64,000 nucleotides of DNA from NCBI RefSeq assembly GCF_001194135.2, contig NC_069005.1:34849091-34913090 (forward strand), written 5' to 3'. Within the stretch, counting starts at the first letter, position 1. The number at the start of each line of letters is the position of its first letter. Made by a program: the position numbers and the translations under genes. This document shows, piece after piece, positions 51,185 to 63,636 of the stretch. This stretch comes from Octopus bimaculoides. Taxonomy: Eukaryota. The notes under the pieces were generated by a model, which saw only the letters and a list, made by a program, of their open reading frames with translations, was not told the origin of the DNA and made no database searches.

Positions 51185-51330
51185 GTTGTATTAGTTTGAC
51201 GCTCGATGAAATGAAAGAGTTTCACGTTTCGAGCATAGCTCTTCGTCGGAAATGAGAAAGGGAAAAGTCCAAAGAAGGAAAAAAGCAATCGCCAAGAGCA
51301 CTTGTGTGTAGTTATATATCCGTCTCTCCA
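51185..51330 (-). mobile_element. Penelope-like terminal repeat fragment with hammerhead-like core
   Basis: Shares TGTATTAGTTT...ATGAAA.AG.TT..ACGTTTCG.GC....GCTCTTCG.C.GAAA with 56495-56580. The minus strand reads CCGACGA-A-GAGC-TAT-GCTC-GAAAC-GTG. Confidence 0.5.
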
Positions 51331-52526
51331 TTTTCATCTATGAGCGTTAATGTGTCAAGCGGTTTAGACCTTCGCTATTGTTACAGGACATTGATGGCAT
51401 CTACAAGAGGGCTGAAGACAGTAAGATGCAATTTTAGAGTGGAAAATTCCAAGCTGTTCACAAACACATCACAACCAGGATGAACAGCATCTGGAGGGAT
51501 TGGCAATTATGGAGGCGCAGCCTATTGGTGACCCGATGAGAAGTATGAGGAACAGTGTATAATTCCATGTCCGCATTTGCAAGATGGTAACGATGCGTCA
51601 AAGGATGGGATGGGCAACAGCCTAGGGTTAAAATGCCTACAATTTTTTAATGTCTTTCTAAAGAAAGTGAGATTTAAATGAATTCAAGAAGCGCATGGAT
51701 ACTTTAATATTTGTGGTCCCAGAAACGCAACTGAGAGCAGCAGCATCAAATTCTTTAATTCACCGGAAACTAAGTACAGCAGAACCAGCCCCAATTATAT
51801 AGGTGGTACTCTAGCATCGACGCCACTCTCGGGTTGGAGCTCAGATCAGACAAAACGTATGAAAGGAAATATAGAAATCTTACGTAATTTTGTTGTATTT
51901 ATGAGGGAACAGGAGTTGAGTGAGTGAGGGGGGGGGGAGCACAAATTTAGAGACTCCACTGTGCCAGGGCCTGTTTGTCTTTACATGGCAAATATTTGGG
52001 AAAGATGTTAAAATCATGTCTTTTCAAACTATTTCTGGTTTTGTGGAAGGAAAACGGGAGTGAAAACTGAAACTGCGAAACCACTGCTTGCTGACGCTGC
52101 AACTTGGAACACACGCACACGCGCGCGCGCGCGCGATCGATTATATCTATTAGTTTAATAACATTTCGTTGGCGAAAACACACATGCCTCATCAGGCACA
52201 GAGACATACTTGTACATAGACATTATACTATGTATATATAAGAACAATAGATGAATGGCATCCACCAGCACATATTAATAATACATTATATATATATACA
52301 TCCATCCATCTATATATATATATATGTATGTGTGTATATATCTATCATATTGTGTTGGTTTTGACTCATGACCCTCCCCCATTCTCATCCCACTGAAAAA
52401 CAAAACAAAATATAAAAAAATGAAAAAAGTAAAAATGAAGAAGTTACCCGAAAAAAGATCGGTCAAAAGCACATTGCTACAAGTTGATCTGAATCTATAA
52501 ATGGACGGCACGCGCGCGCGCGCATG

Positions 52527-52558
<32 letters not shown>

Positions 52559-52798
52559 TACATGTGTGTGTGTGTGCATAGCTACATTCATAATTTAGTT
52601 AAGTCTAATCTAATTTTATATTTAACGAAGTTAGGTCTTTCGGAAAATGGTATCTGTTTGGTGTGTGTGTGTGTGTGTGTGCGTGCGCGCGTGTTTAATT
52701 ACTTATGTGGTCGATGTTAATAAATGTGTATGTTAAGCATGGTACACAAACATGTTGCCGACATAACTATGCATGAGTGTGCGAATACATACACACAC

Positions 52799-52833
<35 letters not shown>

Positions 52834-53342
52834 TTGTACTTATGGAAATGTTACAAAACTTGTAAGATGGACACAGTACAAAAACATGCAAACAACAACA
52901 ACAATAATGTAACAAAAAACAAGTCTAGATTAGATTTATAAAAAAAAAAATCCCGGAGAAGCAAATTAATAAAGATAAAGGGTTTATTGATCTTCTGGCA
53001 ATATTTATTGGTTGTTGTTGTTGTTAGAGATCGAACAGTTGGTATTTGATGTATGTGCCCCCCCCCCACTCCTATTCCCTTCCCAACCCCAGGGATAGAA
53101 TAGAAAAATGTTAATTAGATCAGATTACCTCCCTTTCTGTGTTTAAATAGATAACATGGGTGTGTATGGGTGTGCATGCATGTGCGTATGTGTGCATGCA
53201 TATGTATATGCGTGTTTATGTATGTGTATATACATATCGATAGTAGATGTATAGGTATATGCATGAGAATAAATAAATAGCTGCCCCCCTCTCTCTCACA
53301 CATTCACAGATGTATGTATACATAAATATAGACATATATACG

Positions 53343-53378
<36 letters not shown>

Positions 53379-55086
53379 CATACACACATATATATGTAAA
53401 CATATATTTATCAATGTGCGTTATTGCGTGCGTGTGTGTGTATATGCGCACGCATGCGTGTGTGTGTGTGTGTATGTGTGTGTATGTGTGTGTATGTGCG
53501 TGTGTGTACGTGTGTGTGTGTGTGTGTGTGCGTGCCCCCATGTTGTTGTCGTCGTTACAAACACTGAAATACAAACAACCCAAAAGAAAATAACTTGTTG
53601 CTTCCAAGCAGAAACCTTTTAACAATTTTGGAAAAAGACCTAAGAATGTCGAAAAGCAACGAGAAATGCCAGCGAATGTCAAAGAATGCCGAAGAATGTC
53701 GAAGAATGTCAGAAATAGTATTCAGTGAATGTGGTGTGTTTTGGTACCAACATTAGCTGACTGAGACCATCGTTAGCTTTAGACGATTGGTAACTGATGT
53801 GGTGGTGGGGTATGGCACCATATCACCAGAATACTCCCCCCCACCTGCCTTCTGGGTGTGTTTAACGGTATTCCTGGAGTTATAGACATTCGCACGAGAC
53901 CAGAATTCTCAGAATGCCATTTTCCGTTTACCATTTTTCCTGCAGACATTGAACTGCAGTTATTTAGACTGGACATCAGTCACTTCAATCACATCAGTCA
54001 CATCTGTCTAGGAGACATTGACTTGTTAAGGTGAAAGCCACAGCCCCACCCTTCCTGGGCAATAAAATAATGGAATCAAATGAAATAAAACATGTCTGGA
54101 ACAATCATCATCATCATCATTACCATCATCAGCTGAGAAACAGTGATTGACATCTGGAGACATCTTGAGACACTGACTACTTCAGAGAAAGACAGACAAG
54201 ATGGAAGGTTTGCCATTTTATAACGAAGGAATCAATGACAGACTCCCTACGTGGTCGTTAAACATGCTCAAAGGAATACTAAAAAGATTCTTAAAAATCA
54301 CAAAATGATACCTCAAAAACATGAGGACACATTGTATGATATAGTAAGTCAGATTAAAAGAGGATGGTCACGGCTGGAATACTTTGAACTTAGGTCTAGA
54401 ACAACATCTTATAGCAAAGTGCTGTATCTGAATATATCCAGGCATCCATTACTGTGATAGCAAAACCGTTGTATTAGACTTTGACAAATTTTGATATCTT
54501 GGCAACCGAAGCAGCTGGAGATACGATAGTTTGACCGAAAGAACCGGCTATTGCAAGCAAACATAAATATTGCAAAAAGAACGCAGTTGGCCAAATTTGA
54601 ACATACGACAGTTTAACATAACAGAAACGATATGTGTGTGTGTGTGTGTGTGTGTGTATTAACCGTGCTGTTATCCTTTGAGGGCACAGGACTTGAATGT
54701 CCCTTGTATTCCCGTCTGTCGTTTGATCACTACAATGTGACCAACTGAAATACTTGACCCCTCCCTAAGGGACTTCTCAAGCCCACAGCCGTTTTTGCTG
54801 TCGGCTGCTGGAGGACAACATTCCTTTTCCTTTTTTTTAATACTAGGAGAGAAAACTCAGAATGAACAAATGACGTAAACTGTCACGTGAGACGCTTTGA
54901 CATTCAACCAATCCAGCACCGAGTTACTTTATGTTTTGACGCCGGAAGGTATATGTTGAGGACAGCAGGTATTGAACTCGGAATGCAGACAACCGAAATA
55001 AATATTACTTGACATTCTATCTAACCGACTTAACACTCAACCACTTCAACGCTATATACATGCATACACATATACACAGCCCTCTC

Positions 55087-55147
<61 letters not shown>

Positions 55148-56024
55148 TGCATTTAATTAAAGATACAACTTTAAAAAATGTTTCCCTTAAAGGCATTTTT
55201 TTTCTGTTTAACACTCGTGGGAAACATGAAAGAAAAATGCGTTAACACTTCTGACTGTAATGATACATATATATATATATATATAAACTTACATACACAC
55301 ATATATATCTATATATAAACATACATATATGCATGCACACACACGCAGAAATATACTCACACACTCTGTGACACGCACACACACAAACACACATGAGTGT
55401 GCACTTGCAAGATCATTATCTTGGATTGGAGATTATTGTAATCATATACATAAATACCCACTTATATATGCATACATATACACTCCTTCACTCATATATA
55501 CATCTTGCTGATATATACATATATATATATACATATATATATACACACATATATATACATACATATATATATACACATATATATATACATATTTGTATAC
55601 ATATATATTAATGCATATGTAGCAGTTTTCATTAAATAAATATAGTCTGATGAACATGTTGATATACAGACACATACACGCGCACACGCACACGTATGTT
55701 TGTGTGTGTATGCATGTAGTATGCATTCATTTATGTCATGTGTATGCGCAACCAGCTACACAAAGACACACTCACCATACATACATATATGTATACATAC
55801 ATACATGCATACACACACGGACACACATATATATTATTAGGGAGTGTGTACACAAAGTGAAATTTAATGAAATGTCGATAATATAAACATGTTTCGGAGT
55901 GAAGAAATAAACAATGTTTGCAATTCTGAGTGGTGGCGACTTTATGAAACGACTTACAGGAAGTGTGTGGACATTGGTATATATATAAATATACATAGAT
56001 ATACGTATGTGCATTTGTATGTAT

Positions 56025-56071
<47 letters not shown>

Positions 56072-56106
56072 ATATATACACATACATATATATGTATGTA
56101 TGTATA

Positions 56107-56236
56107 GGCGTGGCTGTGTCGTAAGAGGCTTACTTTCCGACCAGATGGTTCCGGGTTCAGTTCCACTGCTGGCAACATGGGCAAGTGTCTTCTGCTATTG
56201 CTTCGGGCTGACCAAAGCCTTTTGAGTGGATTCGGT
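56107..56236 (+). mobile_element. SINE family B, 5' head (runs into gap)
   Basis: GGCGTGGCTGTGTCGTAAG (A-box-like) ... CCGGGTTCAGTTCCACTG (B-box-like) ... GGGCAAGTGTCTTCTGCTATTGC...ACCAAAGCCTT. Confidence 0.8.
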
Positions 56237-56417
56237 NNNNNNNNNNNNNNNNNNNNNNNNNNNNNNNNNNNNNNNNNNNNNNNNNNNNNNNNNNNNNNNN
56301 NNNNNNNNNNNNNNNNNNNNNNNNNNNNNNNNNNNNNNNNNNNNNNNNNNNNNNNNNNNNNNNNNNNNNNNNNNNNNNNNNNNNNNNNNNNNNNNNNNNN
56401 NNNNNNNNNNNNNNNNN

Positions 56418-56444
<27 letters not shown>

Positions 56445-56450
<6 letters not shown>

Positions 56451-56640
56451 GAATTTACGGAAAACACAAAAGACGAAGACAGGTGTGTAAGCAACAAACA
56501 AATGTATTAGTTTAACTCTTGGGAAAATGAAAAAGTCTTTTACGTTTCGCGCCTCCGCTCTTCGACAGAAAGGAACACCGAAATAAACAGGGAGAGACTG
56601 AAACAGGTTTAGGGGCTGGCGATCTACGATGGCGACACAC
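56445..56640 (-). mobile_element. Penelope-like terminal repeat fragment with hammerhead-like core
   Basis: The minus strand of 56537-56572 reads CTTT-CTGTCGA-A-GAGC-GGAG-GCGC-GAAAC-GTA-AAAG. Homologous to 51185-51330. Confidence 0.5.
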
Positions 56641-57231
56641 TCAGTGATACACACAGATACATATGCACACTTATATACACACACGCACATACACGTATTT
56701 TTTAAAATAGATAACTACATTTATATATGTTGTTAACTCTGATTGAGCAGACCTAAAATCTATTCCACTGGTGACCATCCCATCTGCTTAGTGATACGTA
56801 GGAAGACTATTCTTAGTAAGTCCTTCCCCACATTGATAGGAAATGATATGGCGGAGATTTAGCTACCATTTTTGGAAGGCTGAAACGCTCCCTCGTTGGA
56901 TCAACGGCTCTGTCTGTGTGTCGTCTCCCCTATATTTCTGTCTGTCTGTCTGTCATCTCCACAGCCATATCTTTGGAGGCCACCCTACGCTCCCTCCCTC
57001 CCTCTCTCTCTCTCTCTATTCGCTCTCTCTGTCTTCTCCCTCTCTATCTCTCCCCCCTTCCCTGCATTCCTGTCTGTCTGTTTGTCTGTCTTTCAACATC
57101 CCTCTATATTTTTCATAATCTGTCGGTCCGTCTGTCTGTCAGTCAAATTTTATTCCTGTCTGTCAGTCTGCCTGTCTGTCTGTTCTAACACCCATTCATT
57201 CTTACCCTGTCTGCCAGTGATCCTCTCTCTG

Positions 57232-57279
<48 letters not shown>

Positions 57280-58437
57280 ACCACCACCACCACCAACATT
57301 ACTACTATCACTACTACCACCTCTCTACCACGTCGACGACGATAAAGATAACCAGCACNNNNNNNNNNNNNNNNNNNNNNNNNNNNNNNNNNNNNNNNNN
57401 NNNNNNNNNNNNNNNNNNNNNNNNNNNNNNNNNNNNNNNNNNNNNNNNNNNNNNNNNNNNNNNNNNNNNNNNNNNNNNNNNNNNNNNNNNNNNNNNNNNN
57501 NNNNNNNNNNNNNNNNNNNNNNNNNNNNNNNNNNNNNNNNNNNNNNNNNNNNNNNNNNNNNNNNNNNNNNNNNNNNNNNNNNNNNNNNNNNNNNNNNNNN
57601 NNNNNNNNNNNNNNNNNNNNNNNNNNNNNNNNNNNNNNNNNNNNNNNNNNNNNNNNNNNNNNNNNNNNNNNNNNNNNNNNNNNNNNNNNNNNNNNNNNNN
57701 NNNNNNNNTTACATGGCCACTGGACACGTGACTATGGTGGGAGGTGAGCAGAGAGTAATGGCAAGAGGAGGGACATTAGCGTCTATTTTTATGTGTGTGT
57801 GTGTGTGCGCGTGCGTGTTGATATTGTTGTTATTGTGTATGTTTTTTGTGTATTATGTGCGCGCGCGCGCGTGTGTGTATTTGTTGTGTGTTTGAGTATG
57901 AATCTGTGTGTATGTGTGTTTAAGGGTTGTATGTGGAGAGAGAGAGATGGGGGTTAGTTGAAGGGGGAGTTGTAAAAGAAGGGGTGGAGAGATGGCAGCG
58001 GAGTTGGAGGAGGGAGAGGAGAGGGAGGAGGTAGAGATGATAAAAGATAACAAAATGGCCGTCGAAGATGATCATTTGGCGTGTTTTGAGAATATAACTG
58101 ATGGATTGGGTGGGTGTATGTGTTGTATGGGAGTATATAATCGCGTGTATAAGTGTATATGTATGTGCATGTATATGTATACACACGCATACATACATAT
58201 ACATCTATAAATATATGTTATTGTACGCATGAGTTTGTGTGCATGCAGTTAAATATAATGCAATCGTGTGTCCAGCGGATGTATTTGTGTATGTGTGTAT
58301 ATGTTATGTGCGTATGTAAAGTTTGTAAGTAGATGTAATTGTGTGTGTGTGTGTGTGTGTGTATCTATGCATAAATGTGAGCCTCTATGTATATATACAT
58401 ATATATAGTTATGAGTGTGTGTATAGATATAAATATT

Positions 58438-58640
58438 CTTTTACTCTTTTATTTGTTTCAGTCATTTGACTGCGGCCATGCTGGAGTACTGCCTTTAGAG
58501 AAGCAAATAAACCCCAGGACTTTTTCTTTGTAAGCCTAGTACTTATTCTATCAGCATCTTTTGCCGAACCGCTAAGTTACGGGGACGTAAACACATCAAT
58601 ATCGGTTGTCAAGCGATGGTGGGGGGACTAACACAGACAC
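58438..58640 (-). mobile_element. SINE family B, 3' half
   Basis: TTACTCTTTTATTTGTTTCAGTCATTTGACTGCGGCCATGCTGGAGTACTGCC...CCGAACCGCTAAGTTACGGGGACGTAAAC matches 20080-20240. Confidence 0.8.
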
Positions 58641-59516
58641 ACACACAAATGTATATATTCACATATGTATACACAGATGACTACTTATGTATATACATAT
58701 ATACGTATATAAAGAAAAATATGCCATAGATGAAACTACCGACCACTGTGTCTTACTATATCCTACAAATACCCTCAATAAAACTGTTCTTCTATACCTG
58801 TATTGAGTTCTCTTTCATCGAGGTAGCCGTACCATGTACAATATATTTACACTACATGTGCGTTTGTATATATACATGAATATCTATGTCTGTCTGCCTG
58901 CCTGCCTGCCTGTCTGTCTGTCTGTCTGCCTGTCTGTATCCATCTACATATCTGTTTATATGTATTTATGTATCTCCCGTTATCCCTATCTATCTACTTA
59001 TCAACTTCCCAACCTCCCCCTCCAGTTAATTACCCCACTATCCCCCCCACACACATAAACACTTCTATTTCTGATGTCAAACATGGCTCTCACTACGTTG
59101 ACGGGACAGTTTATACAACAACATGGCTGATTCAACGTTGACACTCGGTCAGTTGGTGAAGGTCAATAACTGTCAGTCAGGCCGACACATACAGGTCAAA
59201 CGGTGACCTAACACAGTCAGCTCCCTCTACTGGTGGCGCTGGTGGTGGGGAGGAGAAGTCAAGAGCAGTTAAACACGTTTAGGGAGAGCGACAGGCATTT
59301 GTCTGTAAAGTCTGTGGCGGTCGAACGGAGAAGGGTTTCTTTCTCGCTGTCTCTGTTGATCATAGATCACCAACGTCATGTGACCGATGCCATGTGACAT
59401 CAAACGATGACGTCTTGGGAAGGCAGACGCCATGAGACTGGCGTTGCTAACTTGGTCGCAGGTTCAATTTCTGGAGAGTGTTTAAAATGGATCCCTGAGG
59501 AAGGATGAATCTATGA

Positions 59517-59549
<33 letters not shown>

Positions 59550-59609
59550 CGTGTCCATTTTGATATACTTGTCAAACTTTTTATGGACATGTATGTATGT
59601 ACGCATGTA

Positions 59610-59705
<96 letters not shown>

Positions 59706-59814
59706 TATATATATGCTCTAGTATGGCCACAACCTTTGGACGAAACCTAAAAAGAATAAAAGATTATATATATATATGTCTGTATATATGTATAAGATGA
59801 TTGATTCCCAGTCA

Positions 59815-59917
59815 CAACCCGAGACACCCTGGGTAGGTGTCTTCTACCATTGCTTCTGTCCAACCAAAGCCTTCTGAGTGGACTTGGTAGACGGGAAACT
59901 GAAAGAAGCCCATCGTA
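59815..59917 (+). mobile_element. SINE family B, 5' fragment directly upstream of a LINE
   Basis: GGTGTCTTCTACCATTGC...CCAAAGCCTTCTGAGTGGACTTGGTAGACGGGAAACTGAAAGAAGCCCATCGTA. Confidence 0.7.
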
Positions 59918-59926
59918 TTGATACAT

Positions 59927-60757
59927 GAGCGAAATCTACAAATGGCCTAACAAAAATAACATGCAGTTCAATGCTATGAAATTTCAGGTACTCAGCTATC
60001 GGTCCAACACCAGGCTAAAATCGGAATACACTGGTCCAGAAGGTAATTCGATCCCAGAATCAGAGTCATTGCTTGACTTGGGGCTTCACATGAGCAATGA
60101 TTAACATTCCATGTGCATATTACCAAGACGGCCAACACTGTGCAGGCGAGTGGCTGGCTGGATTCTGAGGACTTTCAGAACCAGGAAAAGGGAGGCCCTG
60201 CTTCTCCTAGGGAAGACTTTCGTTCTCAGCCGCTTGGACTGCTGCTACCAACGATGGTCTCCAGAGAGTGTGAATCTAGCGCCAATACACAAAGAAGATT
60301 GATTCGATGCCAAAGATGGGCTACTGGGAGAGGTTAAAAGCGCTGAGTCTCTATTCCTTGGAGAGAAGACGAGAGAGATATGCGGTGATATATATTTGGA
60401 AGATCTTGGCGGGTTTACGTCCCAATTTTGGAATTGATAGCTATACCAATCCTCGAATTGGACAGCACTGCATCATACCAAAGATCCCGTCTTCCCCATC
60501 TAAAATAAGGACATAGTACTGCAATAGTCTGGGTTTCAAGGGCCCGCGATTGTTCAACATCCTTCCAGGCAACTTTAGAGATCTACATGGTGTTGATGTG
60601 GAAGTTTTCAATGAACGCCTGGATACGTTTCTATCTGAGATACCAGATGAACCCACATCGCGGCAGGAGACTCAAAGAAGAGCAGCTCCGTCCAACTCGC
60701 TACTTCACCAAAAACAATATCGGAAGCAACACCGAGTAACTACAGGTGGTGCACCAG

Positions 60758-60760
<3 letters not shown>
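59927..60760 (+). mobile_element. CR1/Zenon-like LINE, 3' ~0.85 kb, decayed
   Basis: Peptides EIYKWPNKNNMQFNAMKFQ, GWILRTFRTR, KTFVLSRLDCCYQRWSP, YWERLKALSLYSLERRRERYAVIYIWKILAGL.PN and LFNILPGNFRDLHGVDVEVFNERLDTFLSEIPDEP. Confidence 0.85.
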
Positions 60761-60791
<31 letters not shown>

Positions 60792-61363
60792 NNNNNNNNN
60801 NNNNNNNNNNNNNNNNNNNNNNNNNNNNNNNNNNNNNNNNNNNNNNNNNNNNNNNNNNNNNNNNNNNNNNNNNNNNNNNNNNNNNNNNNNNNNNNNNNNN
60901 NNNNNNNNNNNNNNNNNNNNNNNNNNNNNNNNNNNNNNNNNNNNNNNNNNNNNNNNNNNNNNNNNNNNNNNNNNNNNNNNNNNNNNNNNNNNNNNNNNNN
61001 NNNNNNNNNNNNNNNNNNNNNNNNNNNNNNNNNNNNNNNNNNNNNNNNNNNNNNNNNNNNNNNNNNNNNNNNNNNNNNNNNNNNNNNNNNNNNNNNNNNN
61101 NNNNNNNNNNNNNNNNNNNNNNNNNNNNNNNNNNNNNNNNNNNNNNNNNNNNNNNNNNNNNNNNNNNNNNNNNNNNNNNNNNNNNNNNNNNNNNNNNNNN
61201 NNNNNNNNNNNNNNNNNNNNNNNNNNNNNNNNNNNNNNNNNNNNNNNNNNNNNNNNNNNNNNNNNNNNNNNNNNNNNNNNNNNNNNNNNNNNNNNNNNNN
61301 NNNNNNNNNNNNNNNNNNNNNNNNNNNNNNNNNNNNNNNNNNNNNNNNNNNNNNNNNNNNNNN

Positions 61364-61414
<51 letters not shown>

Positions 61415-62227
61415 ACATGTATATGTATGTATGTAACTATCAGTCCAAATGTGTTTATATGTATATTCGGATGTATGTGCATACATACATGTGCATGTGT
61501 ACGTGTGTGTTCGTAAACGCACACGTACATTGTTCACATATAACGATTGGTTCGCTGCACCAAGAATTTAACCAATGAAATCAAAGTTAAATACAGTTCT
61601 ACCATGATGTAGAGAATGGCCATTGTTACTTATGTTGTGGACGACACTGACTCCTCCTTCTCCTCCTCCACCTTATCATCCTCCTTCTCCTCCTCCTCCT
61701 TATCATCCTCCTACTCCTCCTCTCCTCCTCCTCTCTTAGGATTAACAATGATGTCTCCTCACCCACCTCACTTACTCACCTACTGTGACCTCAACAGCAC
61801 TACCACCGCCCCTACAACCTTCACCACAAGAAACAAGTGTTGGCTACCACCACCACCAACACCAACACCACCATCACCAGCAACAATTGTTTGCCACCCC
61901 CTCCCGACCTTCATAGCCCTTCATTCTGCCACCCCATCCCCACCCCGAACACAGAACCAAATTTAGGAACTTATCTCTGCAATCATTGGAAACAATTATT
62001 GATTCCATAATTTCGTGATTCTCTCATTCTAAGAATCCCTCATTTCACTTATTCTCTTATTCTTTCAAACCAAACTTTATATTTTTTGCTTTTTTTGTTT
62101 GTTTGCTTTGTTAAACACAAAGCAAGAAAAGATTCCCTCCAACTACAGGCAGCCCCTCCTCTCTTAGCTAGACATCTAAAGATTCAAAGTTCAATCCTTG
62201 AGCACAGCATCGGCGTCCAGGCACTAC

Positions 62228-62420
62228 GTTGTTGTTATTATTGGTATTTAACCCCGGGTTAAGCTGATCCAGTTGATTCATGATGTATGAGCCAAATATA
62301 CTCCAACTGCGACCATTCCGACACAGTGTACCTAGGACTACGTCTTCTAATGTATTGCGTTTCTTTTTAATATTGTAGGGGCGAGAATTGAGAGCGGTGC
62401 GGCTGCTATATCTTTAAAGG
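62228..62420. repeat. Old dispersed repeat family C (probable SINE 3' part); other copies at ~12231-12290, 17553-17630, 21928-22085, 35704-35870, 37861-37912 and 56760-56790
   Basis: Shared motifs, aligned by eye: (GTT)nGTTTA.CC.C.AGGT, ATTCCA.C..TGACC.T and GG(A/C)T...GCT(G/T)..ATTTCTA.CAG. Confidence 0.5.
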
Positions 62421-63027
62421 TCAAGTGGGAACCTAGAGGCTCCCTTATTAGCTTCCTTCCTGTCCTGTTGTTCTTGTTGTTGATGATGATGTGAATGGTG
62501 ATAGTTCAAGGTTTACAAGTTGTTCAGCTGTAACTCGGTAGGTCACAAGTTCGTATACTTGTAGCGGCGTCATTCTCCCTTTGTGGTAAAAAAAAGAGAA
62601 AACTATCCAGTCTCGTCAGACTCAGTCCATGTGACTGTAAATAGGTACCATGTGTCATGTGATCATACAGTCTACTACTGTCACACAGTGTATGATAGGA
62701 GGGGGCTTGGTTGTCTCGAATCGGCAAGTTCAACTTCTGTCATGTCTCTAACCAGATATACAGCAACAACTCTTTACCGATGGCTTCACAAGACACATAC
62801 CAATGGACTCAACATATGTGAACGTGTGTGTGTGCGTGTGTGTACGTGAGTGTGTGGAAAGTCGGGAGGGGTTGTGGGGACCTCAGAATTTCCTGTGAAA
62901 CTCCCCACCAACAGAGTTTTATTTCGTGGGGTTCTTTTTTCTTTCCCAGGTTATTTCGCATGCTTTCAACGAATGTGACATCGAAATCACGCGTAAACGG
63001 TTCCTTTCCCCAGAAAAGGAAAGATTT

Positions 63028-63133
63028 GTCTGCTATTTCTTGCACGCCCTGCTACCACGTAACAGCTATTTCGGGTCCTTTATCGCAGCAAATAGCTGTT
63101 ACGTCGTAGCAGGGCGTGACAGAAATAACAGCC
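63028..63133. other. Long stem-loop: 44-bp arms (39/44 complementary) with an 18-nt loop
   Basis: 63028-63071 versus 63090-63133. The inner 29 bp have a single mismatch. Function is unknown (see findings). Confidence 0.9.
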
Positions 63134-63576
63134 AGATGTTTGGAGGTGAGATACGTTGAATGTACTTGATAAAAAACCTATGGAAAAAATAATTTCACAC
63201 ATAGAAACACACACACACACCTAATAAATACACACAACGACACAATAAATCGAGACTCAGTTTGTTATAACGTACAATTCAGCAGGTATCTTTGTAGTTT
63301 TGGACAAAAATGAGACACGCTGTGCCTCGCACACCCGCTGTGACACAGACTCTCCTCTTTATTCATAGTGACAAATGCACGTCATGTCTGTCTGTCTGTC
63401 TGTCCCCCCCCCTCACTCGGTCTCTCTTTGTCTGTCTCTGGCACACAATGCCCATCGTCTGAATTATTCTTCCCGACGGTGCGACATGCATACATACATA
63501 CATACATACACGCACATACATAAATACAAATATACACTACGCGCATATGTATGTACACACAAAACACACATATGTA

Positions 63577-63636
<60 letters not shown>

